A DNA stretch of 64,000 bases from the human T2T-CHM13v2.0 reference genome, Homo sapiens: assembly GCF_009914755.1 (NCBI RefSeq), contig NC_060929.1; one strand, 5' to 3'. Of this stretch, positions 43,875-56,666 are shown piece after piece. Every line of letters begins with the position of its first letter. Within the stretch, counting starts at the first letter, position 1. The notes below the pieces were generated by a model. It saw only the letters and a program-made list of their open reading frames with translations, was not told the DNA's origin and ran no database searches. A program made the translations under genes and the position numbers.

Positions 43875-44115
43875 CACTGCCTACCAAAGACTTCAGCTTG
43901 CAAAATATGAATATCTACTTAGTGAGACTGACCTAGAACACAGTTCATCCCAATTTTCTAAAGAAAATGGTGTCAGCCCTCAGTTACACTATAGCAATTT
44001 CTTCCCATGGTCTTTTTAGCAACGAACCCTCAAGCCATCAGCAACCGAAGGTCCCCAAGAAGTCCTAGGGCAGCCTGGCTTCAGGCTACAAGTTCAGGTC
44101 CCTGATTACACATTT
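43875..44115 (+). repeat. Local duplication, copy 2 (partner 42239-42467)
   Basis: As for copy 1, with an extra ~10 bp 'cagccctcag' relative to it. Confidence 0.92.
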
Positions 44116-44154
44116 ATTTTTCTGGGTTCCTATTCACTAAACATGAGAAATGGG

Positions 44155-44566
44155 GTGGGAGATGGCATTTTCCATTATGGCCTCAGCACAGTCTCCCCAC
44201 CCACAAATTCTTCTGCAGTGTGCTTTGCCACTTGCCTGTCCATGGGCACTCTCTCCAACCCCATGAATCTGAGCCCTAGGACTGCTTTGACCAGTAGAAT
44301 ACAGTGGAAGTGGTCCTATGCCTGTCCTTGGCACAGCCTTTAAAGGGCCTAGAAACGTCCACTTCCAGTATCGAAGCCCATGCCTTCCCATAAGGACAGA
44401 GAGGCCATGTGGCAGGATACCAGGTGACTGCTACTGCATGAGGCCCAAGGAGAACCACTCAGCTGAGCCCAGTCCACCCAAGGAATTGTGAAACATAATA
44501 ACAAATTGCAGGTTTAAGTCACTAAATTATGGGAAAATTTTCTGTATACCAATAGATCTCCAGAAC
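44155..44566 (+). mobile_element. Old MaLR LTR (MLT1H/I/J-like)
   Basis: 'gactgctttgaccagtagaatacagtggaagtg...cagctgagcccagtc...tttaagtcactaaatt...caatagatctccagaaca'. Confidence 0.75.
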
Positions 44567-47500
44567 AAATGAGTTTACCTATTTAATGCATTTTATTTTG
44601 GGAAGAGGGAAAAAGATAAGAGAACTACATTGTTTGCTCACATTCCCAGGTAGAACAGTTTCACCTGGGAGCCACGAGTCTCTAGATTTCAGGAGAACCT
44701 GGCTCCAGAGACCAGGCAGGGCTTTAGGGATAGCTGGTTCTTAGGTCATGGTGATTTTATTTGTAGGACTTTGTACTTACAAGAAATCCAAAGAGCTAGG
44801 CAGAAGAGCTGCCTTTTCTATTCTGAACCCATGGTAGCACTGTATCCAGATGGTTCTGGTTATGACCACAAGTCACTCCTTCCAGTTTTGAAAGCACAAC
44901 CAGCTGTCAGCTCCATCAAGGTCTGAGGAACTGCCACCCAACTGTGGCCGTGTGCTCTAGGGATGGTGGCCAAGCCTCTGGTGAAAGGGCTACCCACCTG
45001 CACCTGCCAGCTTTGCCTCTCACCATTTCCGCCCTGCATGGCTGAAGCAGAAGTCCCCACAGCCTCCTCCCCAGCTGCCAGGCTTCTCGGCACCTTTCCT
45101 AGAGGTCAGGATCCTACTTGGCCAGCCCTCGTGGGCAGCCTGCCCCTGTGGGAAGCCAAGAGCGTGACCTGCCCTGCCTGGACACCCACCAGCTGCACAG
45201 CTCCTCCCAGTAGCTTCCGGGTATGGGACTGTGGCCTTTATGTCATGCTGAGCTACAGAGCTGAAATTACTACTAATATATTTCAATTAAAATAAAATAA
45301 AACATGTAATCTTCATATTCCAGGAATATTTCAGACATTGACCTATAGGCCTCTGCCAGCCAACAGTATTAAGACATCTACTAAACTGGGGCCAGAATTT
45401 TTTTTCCTTCACATTATAAACTAGTAACATGCTTTCAAATACCGGACTCCTCCTAGTATTTAAACCCTTATAAAATCCATGGGTATATGAAAGTAAATAT
45501 GAACTTAGCTTCCTATTGTTCATTCATTCTACGTGAAGCTCCTCAAGAAGAGGGTGGGGGTAGGAAGTGTGGAATAAAAATCCTTTTTGGCAACCTGAGC
45601 TATTACCACATTTTCTCTCCAGTCTTAGAAGACTCAGATCCTCCCTTCTTTCATCTTCCCTTGTATCATTGGACCTGTAGCCCTAGGCATAGTTCCCTGA
45701 AACCCAAGTACCATCAGATCCGAAAGGTGTCACGTGGAAATAGCCTCAATACCTGGTGTTCGACAAGGCTCAGCAGCCAGCACAGGCTCTGAAGAGCAGG
45801 CAAAGGCAAGGCAGAGGCTGGGAAGCCCCAGGGAGGTGTGCGGGCCGCGTTAGGATGGACATTTGTGCATAACTCTTGCCGCTCTGACTCTCTGCCTCCT
45901 CTGGCCATGTTAGATGCGACCATTTCCACAGATACGTTCCACAAGCAAAGCCAGCAACTGTTTGCTGTGTTGAGTTATACCATGGAGGGACAGATCATGT
46001 GTTAAAAAGAAAAAAAAATGTGCTTACACATGGTTGCTTGTGATGACAGCTGAGTTCAGAGATTTCCATCTTGTATGATATTCACATTTTTATATGTAGT
46101 CTTTTGAGATTGCACAGAATTTGATGGATAATTACAGCATAAATACATTTATCCAAATTAAACATCCAAAAAGAAACTACATGCAAATTTATAAACTCTT
46201 CCAGTCTCAACCAACACACTGACCAAATAAATAATAAAATGTTCTTTTTTTTTATTTTAAAGTTATTTGCCAAAATGTATCCCCAAACCAGGTGCTTCTC
46301 TTTCAGGTTTACATAAAAGGACAAAAGGAAGAAAACAGAATAGAAGTTAATTATTCTGGTTCACAAGCCCTTATGTAAGGAGAAATGATTAATTAATTGC
46401 ATTTGCCCACATCTTGAGAAATGCAAATAGTCTTTGGTATTCTGACCACTCAACTCAGACCTCAGCTGCACTCAGGATGCATCTATAGTGGGCAGTAGAA
46501 GCGAGGAGAGATCCTTCTCCAGAGCTCAGAGGCTAATCAAGGAATCTTGACTTGCACAATGGAATCACCTGGAAAAGGAGCTTTCCAGGAAACCCCAACT
46601 CCTATGCTAAGGAGCTACAAAATCGGAGGGAGAGAGGCGAGAATGTGCCGCCAGTCAGCAGGGAAGCCTCCTTAGAAGTGAGTTATAAGCAGCTTCATTA
46701 CCTGACTGCTCTAGCTCCAAGTACCCTCTTCACATCTTGAGGCTTTTCCATTCCCAGAAAGGTCAGCCTCCTCTTCCTTATCCTGACTGCAAAGTGTTTT
46801 CAACACTGGAAAAGGTCATCTTGCAATGAAGATGAATAATGTGGGTTTTGTCCCTAAAAAACTCCAGGAAGCATCTTGCGTGGGAGTCCTTGTGAGACCT
46901 CGAGCACATCAGATATCAAGGTCTCTGCATCAAGCACTCTGACCAGAAACAGCCCCCAGAACAAGGTCCTAGAGAGGTGACCAGCTCCAAACTTCTCTAT
47001 GATCCTGAAAAGGAAGACTGTAAATAGTTCTATCTTTTCTTTGGCACTCTTGAGACCATTTCTGGTCTTCAGGCCACCTACATTCGTAGGGAACTATATC
47101 TGCAGACACCATATCCTGGCTTTGTGTGGTTTGACAGATGTGGCTGTGTACCCTGAGCTGGAGGGTCCTCTCAGAGCCCTGGGCAAGTACCAACAGTGTA
47201 TCTGTGCCAGATGGGCATGTACCTTTGAAGCTTCCTTCAGCCCCAGCAAGTGAGGAAGCTCCCTCAGGGCATGCAGACACACAGGACTCTTTCTGTCATT
47301 CACTGTCCCACACCCCACTCTTCCTCTCTCCTGCTGTCACTGCAATTCTGCCCTGAGGTTCCTAGGAAAGCCTCAGGGTTTGATTGAATTGAACCTGCAA
47401 CATTGGTTCAGGTCCTTGAGGCACGCTGGCAAAAAATGGTATCCATGCCAGGACAAGGGACACCCAACTGGAAAACAGATACCGAGAGAGGAAAAACCAT

Positions 47501-47950
47501 CTCTAGCCTCTACACACTGTCTTCCCAGGGCAGAGCCTAGGGTCTGTCCCAGAGAAAGTTTCTAGTAAATATCCTGCTTCATAGACCAAATACTACCATT
47601 TACCCTAGTATCTTTGCTGGAGCAAGACACACTAAAAGCAAACAAGTGATCCAAGTTATAATGGGACCCCATCATAAGCCCCTCTCTAAGAAGATAATAG
47701 ATGACCATCTCTCTATGAAGTTTAGAAAAAGACCTACCTGTGGACAAAGAGATAAATTGGAAAACCTCAGTTGTGTCTTCCAGGTTCTAGAAATCTATGG
47801 AATGTTTTTATCAACCTGAAGGCAGTCAATATTCAATGAATAAGGCACAATAATTCACCAAATCCATATCCCTTTCTTTGACTCAAATCTATCCTATCTG
47901 CCACATCAGTTTAGGACAACAGAAAGTGTTTGTCAGAATAAAGATCTTAA

Positions 47951-48379
<429 letters not shown>

Positions 48380-50338
48380 TAGACATGGGGAAATGTAAAT
48401 ATAATTCTTTCAAAGAGAAATGGTCATTTGTCTCTCCGATGATTGGGGACGAGTGTTATCACAGATCTTTTCACAGAGGGCAACTGTATCTTCCTTTTAT
48501 TTTCCACAGATAAAGGTTGCCATGATAGCCAAGCCCTTTCTCCACCAGGCTTCTCCTTTGACACTTTTTTCATGTAAACCAAAGAGAAGAGTGAGGGGAA
48601 AAATCTCAGCTGTTCTCCTTTATGCTCCCTGCCAATACAATAAACATGTCCTTGGTAGGTATTAATGGTCCTTACCACCAAAAGACTGTCATCTTCTAAT
48701 AGCCTGCAACTGCTCCCAATTTCATGCAGTGTTCACTTTGTCAAGCACCTAATTCCAAAGCCTCCAACCCCCATGCTTACAAATAGAGGTTATTCTTTTG
48801 TTTTCTCCAAAGAATGAAGCATCCTTTGACCAAAGCCATCAATCCTAGTGTTAGATTTAGGTTGACAATTGAAAGATGTTGAACACGCCAATTCGTCTGA
48901 GCCCATGATACTGTGGTGTCCAAGATACCATCACTAATTTTGGATCATTGGAAATATTCCACCACAGGATACATTTGAACTTGTTAAAAATAGCCCAGCT
49001 ACCCCTCTGAACATTTCAACTTACTGTGGCATCAACAGAGACATGCTCCTAGTTACAACATTGGCTTGCTCCTCTGGAATGCAGGAAAGGAGTCAAATTT
49101 CATGATACGGAATTTTCGAGTTTGTCCATAAGATTTTTAAAATAGACCTTTCACTTTAGTGTAAAAGGTTACATACATAGTAAAAGATTGTAAATATAGA
49201 ATTTAATGTCTTTTCTCCAAGTATGAACAGACCATATTGTATATTTTAGGTATAAAATATTCATCTAAAATATTCAGTATGAAACAATTGATACTATTTT
49301 CAGAATACTCCCTGTGCCTCCACTCTACTTAAATATAGAGCATTTAATTAAGTGAATCCAATTAATCATGTGAAAGTTAATGTGGGAAAAGGAAACAGCT
49401 AATAAACTCCCAATGGCTCAGAGAAGCAAAGCATTTCAAACATGCAGACTTTACAAGTTTCCTATGTGCCTCTAATTATGTCTTTATACAAATTCCTTTA
49501 GCCTTCTACCAATTCTGAGAAGTCTAAGGCCAAATTCTTTTCTATAAATATATCTACAAAAACTTTTTCTTCCCACACATAGGAAAGACACAAAAGATCG
49601 AGTGAGCTGGAACCCGTGGCCCCCTTCCTCATGGGTTTTTAAAACATCTGACATAAACTGCAACATATTTGGGCCACTGCAATTATCAAGCAAAACCGCA
49701 AACCAGCAGAAGTCAAAGTCAACCCCAAAAGCTGTGTTGAAAAAGATACACCAGCACTCACCTGAAGAGGAACAAAGATAAAAGCGAGTGACCCTATAAA
49801 CTTTCAAGAAAGCAGCTTTCCCTAACCTGCTTTTGATTAGTGTTCATAGGTTTAGCCCTGAAGGCTTAATTAAACCCAGTAGCCAACTCTGTCTCACTTA
49901 AAAGTGCAATTAAAGAATCCACAAAGGCCACTGGGCCCTGAGGGCCTCCCACATGAGGCCCCACTATGAGCAATTCACTAATTGCGCCCTTTGTCCCCCG
50001 ACTCTTAATGATGACGCTGCCACACCCCCAGTCAAGATGCTTATTCTCCCCACTTAGGGCCAGCTCCAAAAACCTCAAGGCAGGAAGTGTGGGCCCAAAA
50101 GCCTGTTCTGCAGAGAACATACACTTTTAATTAAACAACAACAAATTAAAAGCTCATTGAAAAACACTTAGCAACAAATCCAAAACTGCACTAAAGTCCA
50201 TGTGTTACCACCACTAATTAAAAGGACTCTTGATTACAGATCATTGGGTGTGATCTTGTAGCCAGGACTTATTAAGGGCCATGATGGAGCCCACTCTGAG
50301 GGGCAAGCCAGCCAGTGTTGCATCCCCATGGAACATCA

Positions 50339-50485
50339 TGGTACCAGAAAGCGGTCCCGATCCAGACCCCAAGAGAGAGTTCTTGCACCTCGTGCAAGAA
50401 AGAATTCAAGGCGAGTCCATAAAGTGAAAGCAAGTTTATTAAAAGCAAAGAAATAAAAGAATGGCTACTCCACAGGCACAGCAGT
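50339..50485 (-). mobile_element. MER41-like ERV1 LTR, only the 3' (R/U5) end
   Basis: 'ggtcccgatccagaccccaagagagagttcttg...gcaagaaagaattcaaggcgagtcc...aaagcaagtttatt...gaatggctactcca'. Confidence 0.8.
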
Positions 50486-52092
50486 GGCAGTGGCACGGGC
50501 AGCATGGGGCGGGGGTTGTTTAGAATTTTATTTGGGGTTTACATTGGGCAAGTCAGTCTTCTCCTCTAGCCATAGTCCAAGTTCAAAACATTGATTTCCT
50601 TCAGCCTACCTCAATAGACAATTCCTCAATAGATACTCTCTTTAAAAATGCCTTTCAGGATTTCAATGGACAGGGCACATAACCACAGTGAAGCCTGACT
50701 CTTGTCCTGACTTGTGTAAGACTTCAGGACCTAAAGTCCAAGCACCTACATTGACTCCTTGAAGTTGTAGAGAGCGACCTGACTGCAAAGTCGGGTCAGG
50801 GCTGAATGAGGTGTGAGCCCCGGGAAAGCCCTTCTGCTCTTCCCACCTCCCAGCTTCATCCTGAAGATCCTCGCTGTGAATCCTTAAGGGCTTTCCTATG
50901 CAGCAAGACAAACCTCAGGGAGCTGGAAACTCCGCAGGTGGGCCTGGAAAAACTGTTCAAAGTTAAGTAACATTCGCAGGCGTAAGCTTTCAAGTGAATG
51001 AATCTTTGCGATTCTTACTTGCCAGCTTGCAGTTTCCTGAATGATTTCTTTTCGCAAGCTGGTGATAGAACCTAGGAATTCCATCACTGCTGGCAGACGG
51101 AAAGTAAATTTGGCTCCAGGCCTGACTTTCGGAGTCAGCGTGGAAAGCTGCAACAGCCAAGATGCGCTGCCTGGACACGCTGAGATGCTCTCTCTATATG
51201 GGGCCCCTCCTTCCCAACTCTCACCTCCACTCTCCCAACCCACCCACGACCGCTACACAATTGACATTCAGTGTGACATTCTTAGGTGAAGAAAGCTTTA
51301 GAAAAAAATACTAGTTTAAAGTATGTGTTGTTTAAAAAAAAAATGCAGGGGAGGAGTGGATCGGCAGAGTGGGAATACTTTCAACTCAACCACCTGGGTT
51401 GGGTTCAGGTCTTCCCACTTGCTCAGCACCACCTTTGAGGAGTAAGGAGGCGAAGGAAGTGAGAGTGATTCAAAGATGGAAAAGAGGGGGGCCTTTAAGA
51501 AGCATAGCCTGGAAACTCCAGATTTTTCCCACCAGGAACCAGGAATGAAGAAGGGAGGGAATCTCTACTGCCCTGCGGCAAGCCAGGAGAGAGTTACCCC
51601 ACGGGCAGATGCTGGATCTTCCCAAGCTCAAGAGCACCGTCCAGTGTGATGCAGACGTCGGGATGTAACTGAATAGCCATACATGCCTGTCATACTCAGA
51701 ACTGACTTAGATGTGGTCCTGTCTATAGGCGCCAACATGAAACCACCCAGGAACAAGACTAGGAGAAAAAGGACACGTGCTCCTGCTCCTGTCATAGCAG
51801 CAGCAGCTTGAATCCCACAGCAAAGTGGCCAGATGCTTACAGACACCTGATAATATCAGACACAGAGCACAAAACTTGGTGCACCCACTTTTACATGGGT
51901 TTGGGGGAGGACGGTTTGGCTCAAAACTTTCTGGTGAACAAAGAGCATAATAATTAAAATTATTTTGGTTTAGCAGAGAAATTAACCAGAGGACGACAAT
52001 CATAAGGAGGGGGAAAAGGAAAATTCCTCTGATAGATGGGGGAAAAGTCACTAAAGGGTATCTGAAGAGCAGCCCTATGCAAAAAGACAGGA

Positions 52093-52430
<338 letters not shown>

Positions 52431-54707
52431 TTAGATCACCCAGACACCCTGTCCTGGGCAAAGGCTCAATAATATCTGGACAATGGACCCCTGCTCTGTA
52501 AAACACCATTTTTCTTTTCTATTTACAGCCTGGAAATATTAAACTTAAATAAAATGTCTATCTTTAACTCCTAGGCTCAAGCTTCAATGAAGTTTCTCTT
52601 CACTGACACTGGCAAAGATATTCTGATTTTAAGCTTCAGAACAGTGACAGGAGGACAGGAGGTGCCGCAGACACAAGGCATTGGACATGGGCACCCTGCC
52701 AGGCTGTGAAGTGAACATTCGAGGCCCTTCCCTAGCTTCTAACCTGTCAGAATAAGGTTAAAATCCCATACATCTTAGAGTGTCCAAAATCAATATTAGA
52801 GGCTAACATTTGGATGCTTTTCAAAAAAGAAAATGGTTAGAAAAAGTAGAAATCATTAAAAAAAATGGTCTAATACATTTTATCCACTTAGGACAATGCC
52901 TTCACATAATTCTATACATAACACTATGAGCTGCTTTAATTATGATCAACTGAAGCTACCGGAACCAATACAAATCTATGATTAAAGGAGATTTTAAAAT
53001 AAGGGAAAATTACCTTGCTTTCTTAATCCTTCTGTTTCAAAACTAAATACCTGCCCTGGTAACACAGACATTTTTCCAATCTTGTAACCAGCCAGTCTGT
53101 TTAACTGAATGGCTAATTAGTTATCCTTGAAATCTAGAGAACATTAGCTTGTTGAAAATGAAAGAAAACCAAACCACAAAAAGTACCTACCTAAACAGTA
53201 TTTTATTGACTAACTGAAACCATCAAAAGTGGTATGAAAGATAAAAATGTCACCCACCCCACTGCCATCTAATCAGCAGAAGGAAATATTAGTGTATCCT
53301 CATAAATAACTCCTTACCACTCATGAAGGGTGATAATTTAGGATTGGTAATAGAAAAACATGGTCGTTCTGTAAATGTTACTCTTAATTTGCTTGTAAGC
53401 TAGGCTTCATGTTTGGAAAGAGGCAAGTTCAAAGTGAGCTGGTCAGAAATGACCCTGGCAAAAGGTCAATAAAGCTATTGCAGTAGGACTTAAAACGCTG
53501 TTGATCTCCATTTTTGTGAACAAGTAACTAGAAATACTGAAGAAATTAGGCACTATGAAAATGCTTGCCTGAAGCATCACAGGGCTTGATAAAAAAATAC
53601 TCTATTACCAGTGGAGAAATGCATATGAGTGCTAAAGGCCAGCTAGCCTGGACCACATCCCCAAAGCCATGCTGAGTGTATCTGGACCATGGACCACCTG
53701 TGCCAAAGTAAACACTCCCATGGAAAGCCACTATGTGGAAACCAACTGGTGTGAGGAAAGCAAGGTGCCCACAAGAGAGCTGAGGAAGCCTGTGGCAGGA
53801 GGCAGAGAGGATTTTAATACACTAAACAGATGGAAGGTGCAGTAAACAAGGTGGGAGAGCTAAAGACACTCACTTCTACCCAGAGAAAACAGTGGAAGAG
53901 CAAGGAAATGAGAGGCAATTCGTATGTATCTCTACCCAAAACCTATATTCAGCATTACATTTTAACTGCAAAATGTGCCAAAGCAGAATGGAAAGAGCTA
54001 GAAGCAATTCTTTGATTCTTCTCTTTCTAAGAGCGGGGCGGGGGGAGGTGCGCAGGGTGGGAAACACTCCCCTTTAAATACTCAGGCTCTGGGCATTTAA
54101 AACTCTGCATTCTGCCACTGGGTCTGGCTGTTAGAAGTTACCTGCCACTCCAGCTGAAGCGAAGGCCTTGCTAAGAAAGTGTACAAGGACACAGAAGCAG
54201 GCATCATGAACTTCTCCCCCATCAAAGGACAGCAACCTCATTTGTTGAGCAGAATGATGCTAGGAGTTCCAGACTCTGCAGCTCTAATGAGACCACAAGA
54301 TTCTGTGTTGTCAAAGATGTTCCCCCTGAGCTATGCCCATAAAACAATAAAATTGGCAGAGAAGCATACTCTAAGCAATGACTGGGAATTGGGGTGTACC
54401 CAACATTCAGTGGCGAGGCTGGCTGATGAGTTTAACTGATTTAATCTGGTTATGTTGTCGCATCCGGAAACAACCTAAGTTTGCTTGTTTTCATAACAGA
54501 GATCACAGCTCAGATAGACTTCCCAGGAAGAAAGTGCTTCAGTATCAAAGAAATGTGCTCATCCTAGCACCCACTGGCCCTGGCGCTAAGCTTTGTACAA
54601 GTAATGTAAACACAGAAAACATTTCCCAGTAGACGCAGCAGGACTCGTATTTAGGCCACTGGCTGTTTAATTTACTCTAATTTTAGAGATGATGTCCAGA
54701 ATTTTCT

Positions 54708-55125
54708 TTTTAAAAAAGTTTTATTGAGGTATATGTTACATGCCATAAAATGTACTCTTTGTAAGTGTACAATTTAATGATTTTTAGTACATGTACAGAG
54801 TTGTATGACAATCTCCACAATCCAGTTTCTTACCATTTCCATCACCCCCAAAAGGCCTAGGCTGCCCATCTGCAGTCATGTCCAGTTCCCACTGCTAGCC
54901 CGAGGCAACCACTCACCTGCCTGCCATCTTTATGGGTTTGCCTTTTCTGGGCATCTCTATAAATGGAAATACATGGTGTGTGGTCTTCAGTGACTGGCTT
55001 CCTTCACTTGGCACAAGGTTTTGAGGTTCATACATATTGCAGCATATATCAAGAGTTCATTTGTTTTATTGCTGAATAGTAGCCCATTGTAGGGATAGGC
55101 CACATTTTGTTTACCTATTCTTCTG
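54708..55125 (-). mobile_element. L1MB/L1ME 3' end
   Basis: 'ttttattgaggtata...aagtgtacaatttaatgatttttagta...catttccatcacccccaaaag...ttattgctgaatagtag'. Confidence 0.88.
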
Positions 55126-55362
55126 TTTCAACTTATTAAATCTATAAATCCAACTACATGACTAGGCTTATTAGTCTGATCTTGGAAATATAATAAAAAG
55201 CCTGCCATATTTTTAAAATATTCTAGGATGTCTAAAATCTCTGTAATGTGTAAACATATGTAATAAAGACACAATATGTTCCCTGGAATTTGTGTGCTTG
55301 GAGGAGAGGGTGCTGTTTTAAATGAGAACATCCCTGAATTTCAATTTTTCTGTGTTTTAATA

Positions 55363-55546
55363 CAGATTAAGTATCCCTTACCCAAAATGCTTGGGACCAG
55401 AAGTATTTCAGATTTGGGATTTTCTCAGATTTTGGAATATTTGTATTATATATATTAGCATTTTTAGGGTCATGTCGGTGCTCAGAAAGTTTCAGATTTT
55501 GAAGCATTGTGGAATTGGGATTTTTTGATTAGGAATATTCAATCTG
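55363..55546. mobile_element. Tigger4/Zombi (MER46-like) MITE
   Basis: TIRs 'cagattaagtatccct' and 'aggaatattcaatctg', flanked by TA on both sides; 'aaaatgcttgggaccagaag'. Confidence 0.88.
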
Positions 55547-55884
55547 TACACAGAAATTATATTTATGCTAATCTCCAAGTCATGCAAGGTCATCAATTCA
55601 TTTAACAAGCACTGACTTACTGTGCAAATTGTTGTGTATTAGGAACTAGGAAATATGCAGTCCCTCTCCCAACCCTCCACCTGCCAGTTTACAAAGACAT
55701 TTGTATTTTAAGACTGTGCTAAAAAATCAGTTTGGAGGCATTTGGAACATTTTTCTCTAAATAAAGAATATAAGTAGTTTTAGAGTCCATGGTTAGCCCC
55801 CAAAAGTCTTGCTTAAGCCTTAGTCCTTTCTCTCAGTATACTCTATTGCAGTCTATACTATATACATAGTCTCTAAGGGCATTT

Positions 55885-56030
55885 TTTGATTCGGTCACTT
55901 ACCCAAGATGGCCCGAGAGCCTCCTGCGTGCCAGGCACTGTTCTAGGCACCGTGGGCAACACAGCTGCGAACAAAACAGTCTCATTGGTCTCCTAAGCTG
56001 ACATTCTGTATCAGTGAAAGACTTTAAGAA
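55885..56030 (-). mobile_element. L2 3' end fragment
   Basis: 'gagagcctcctgcgtgccaggcactgttctaggcac...aagctgacattct'. Confidence 0.7.
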
Positions 56031-56073
56031 ATAAAGGCAGTGCGTGGAGTTCTGCAAAATGATATGGAGAGAA

Positions 56074-56666
<593 letters not shown>

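Noticed and set aside
50339-50485. MER41 as an interferon-gamma/STAT1 enhancer
   Set aside because: Only the terminal ~150 bp survives, and no TTCnnnGAA GAS site is visible in it.
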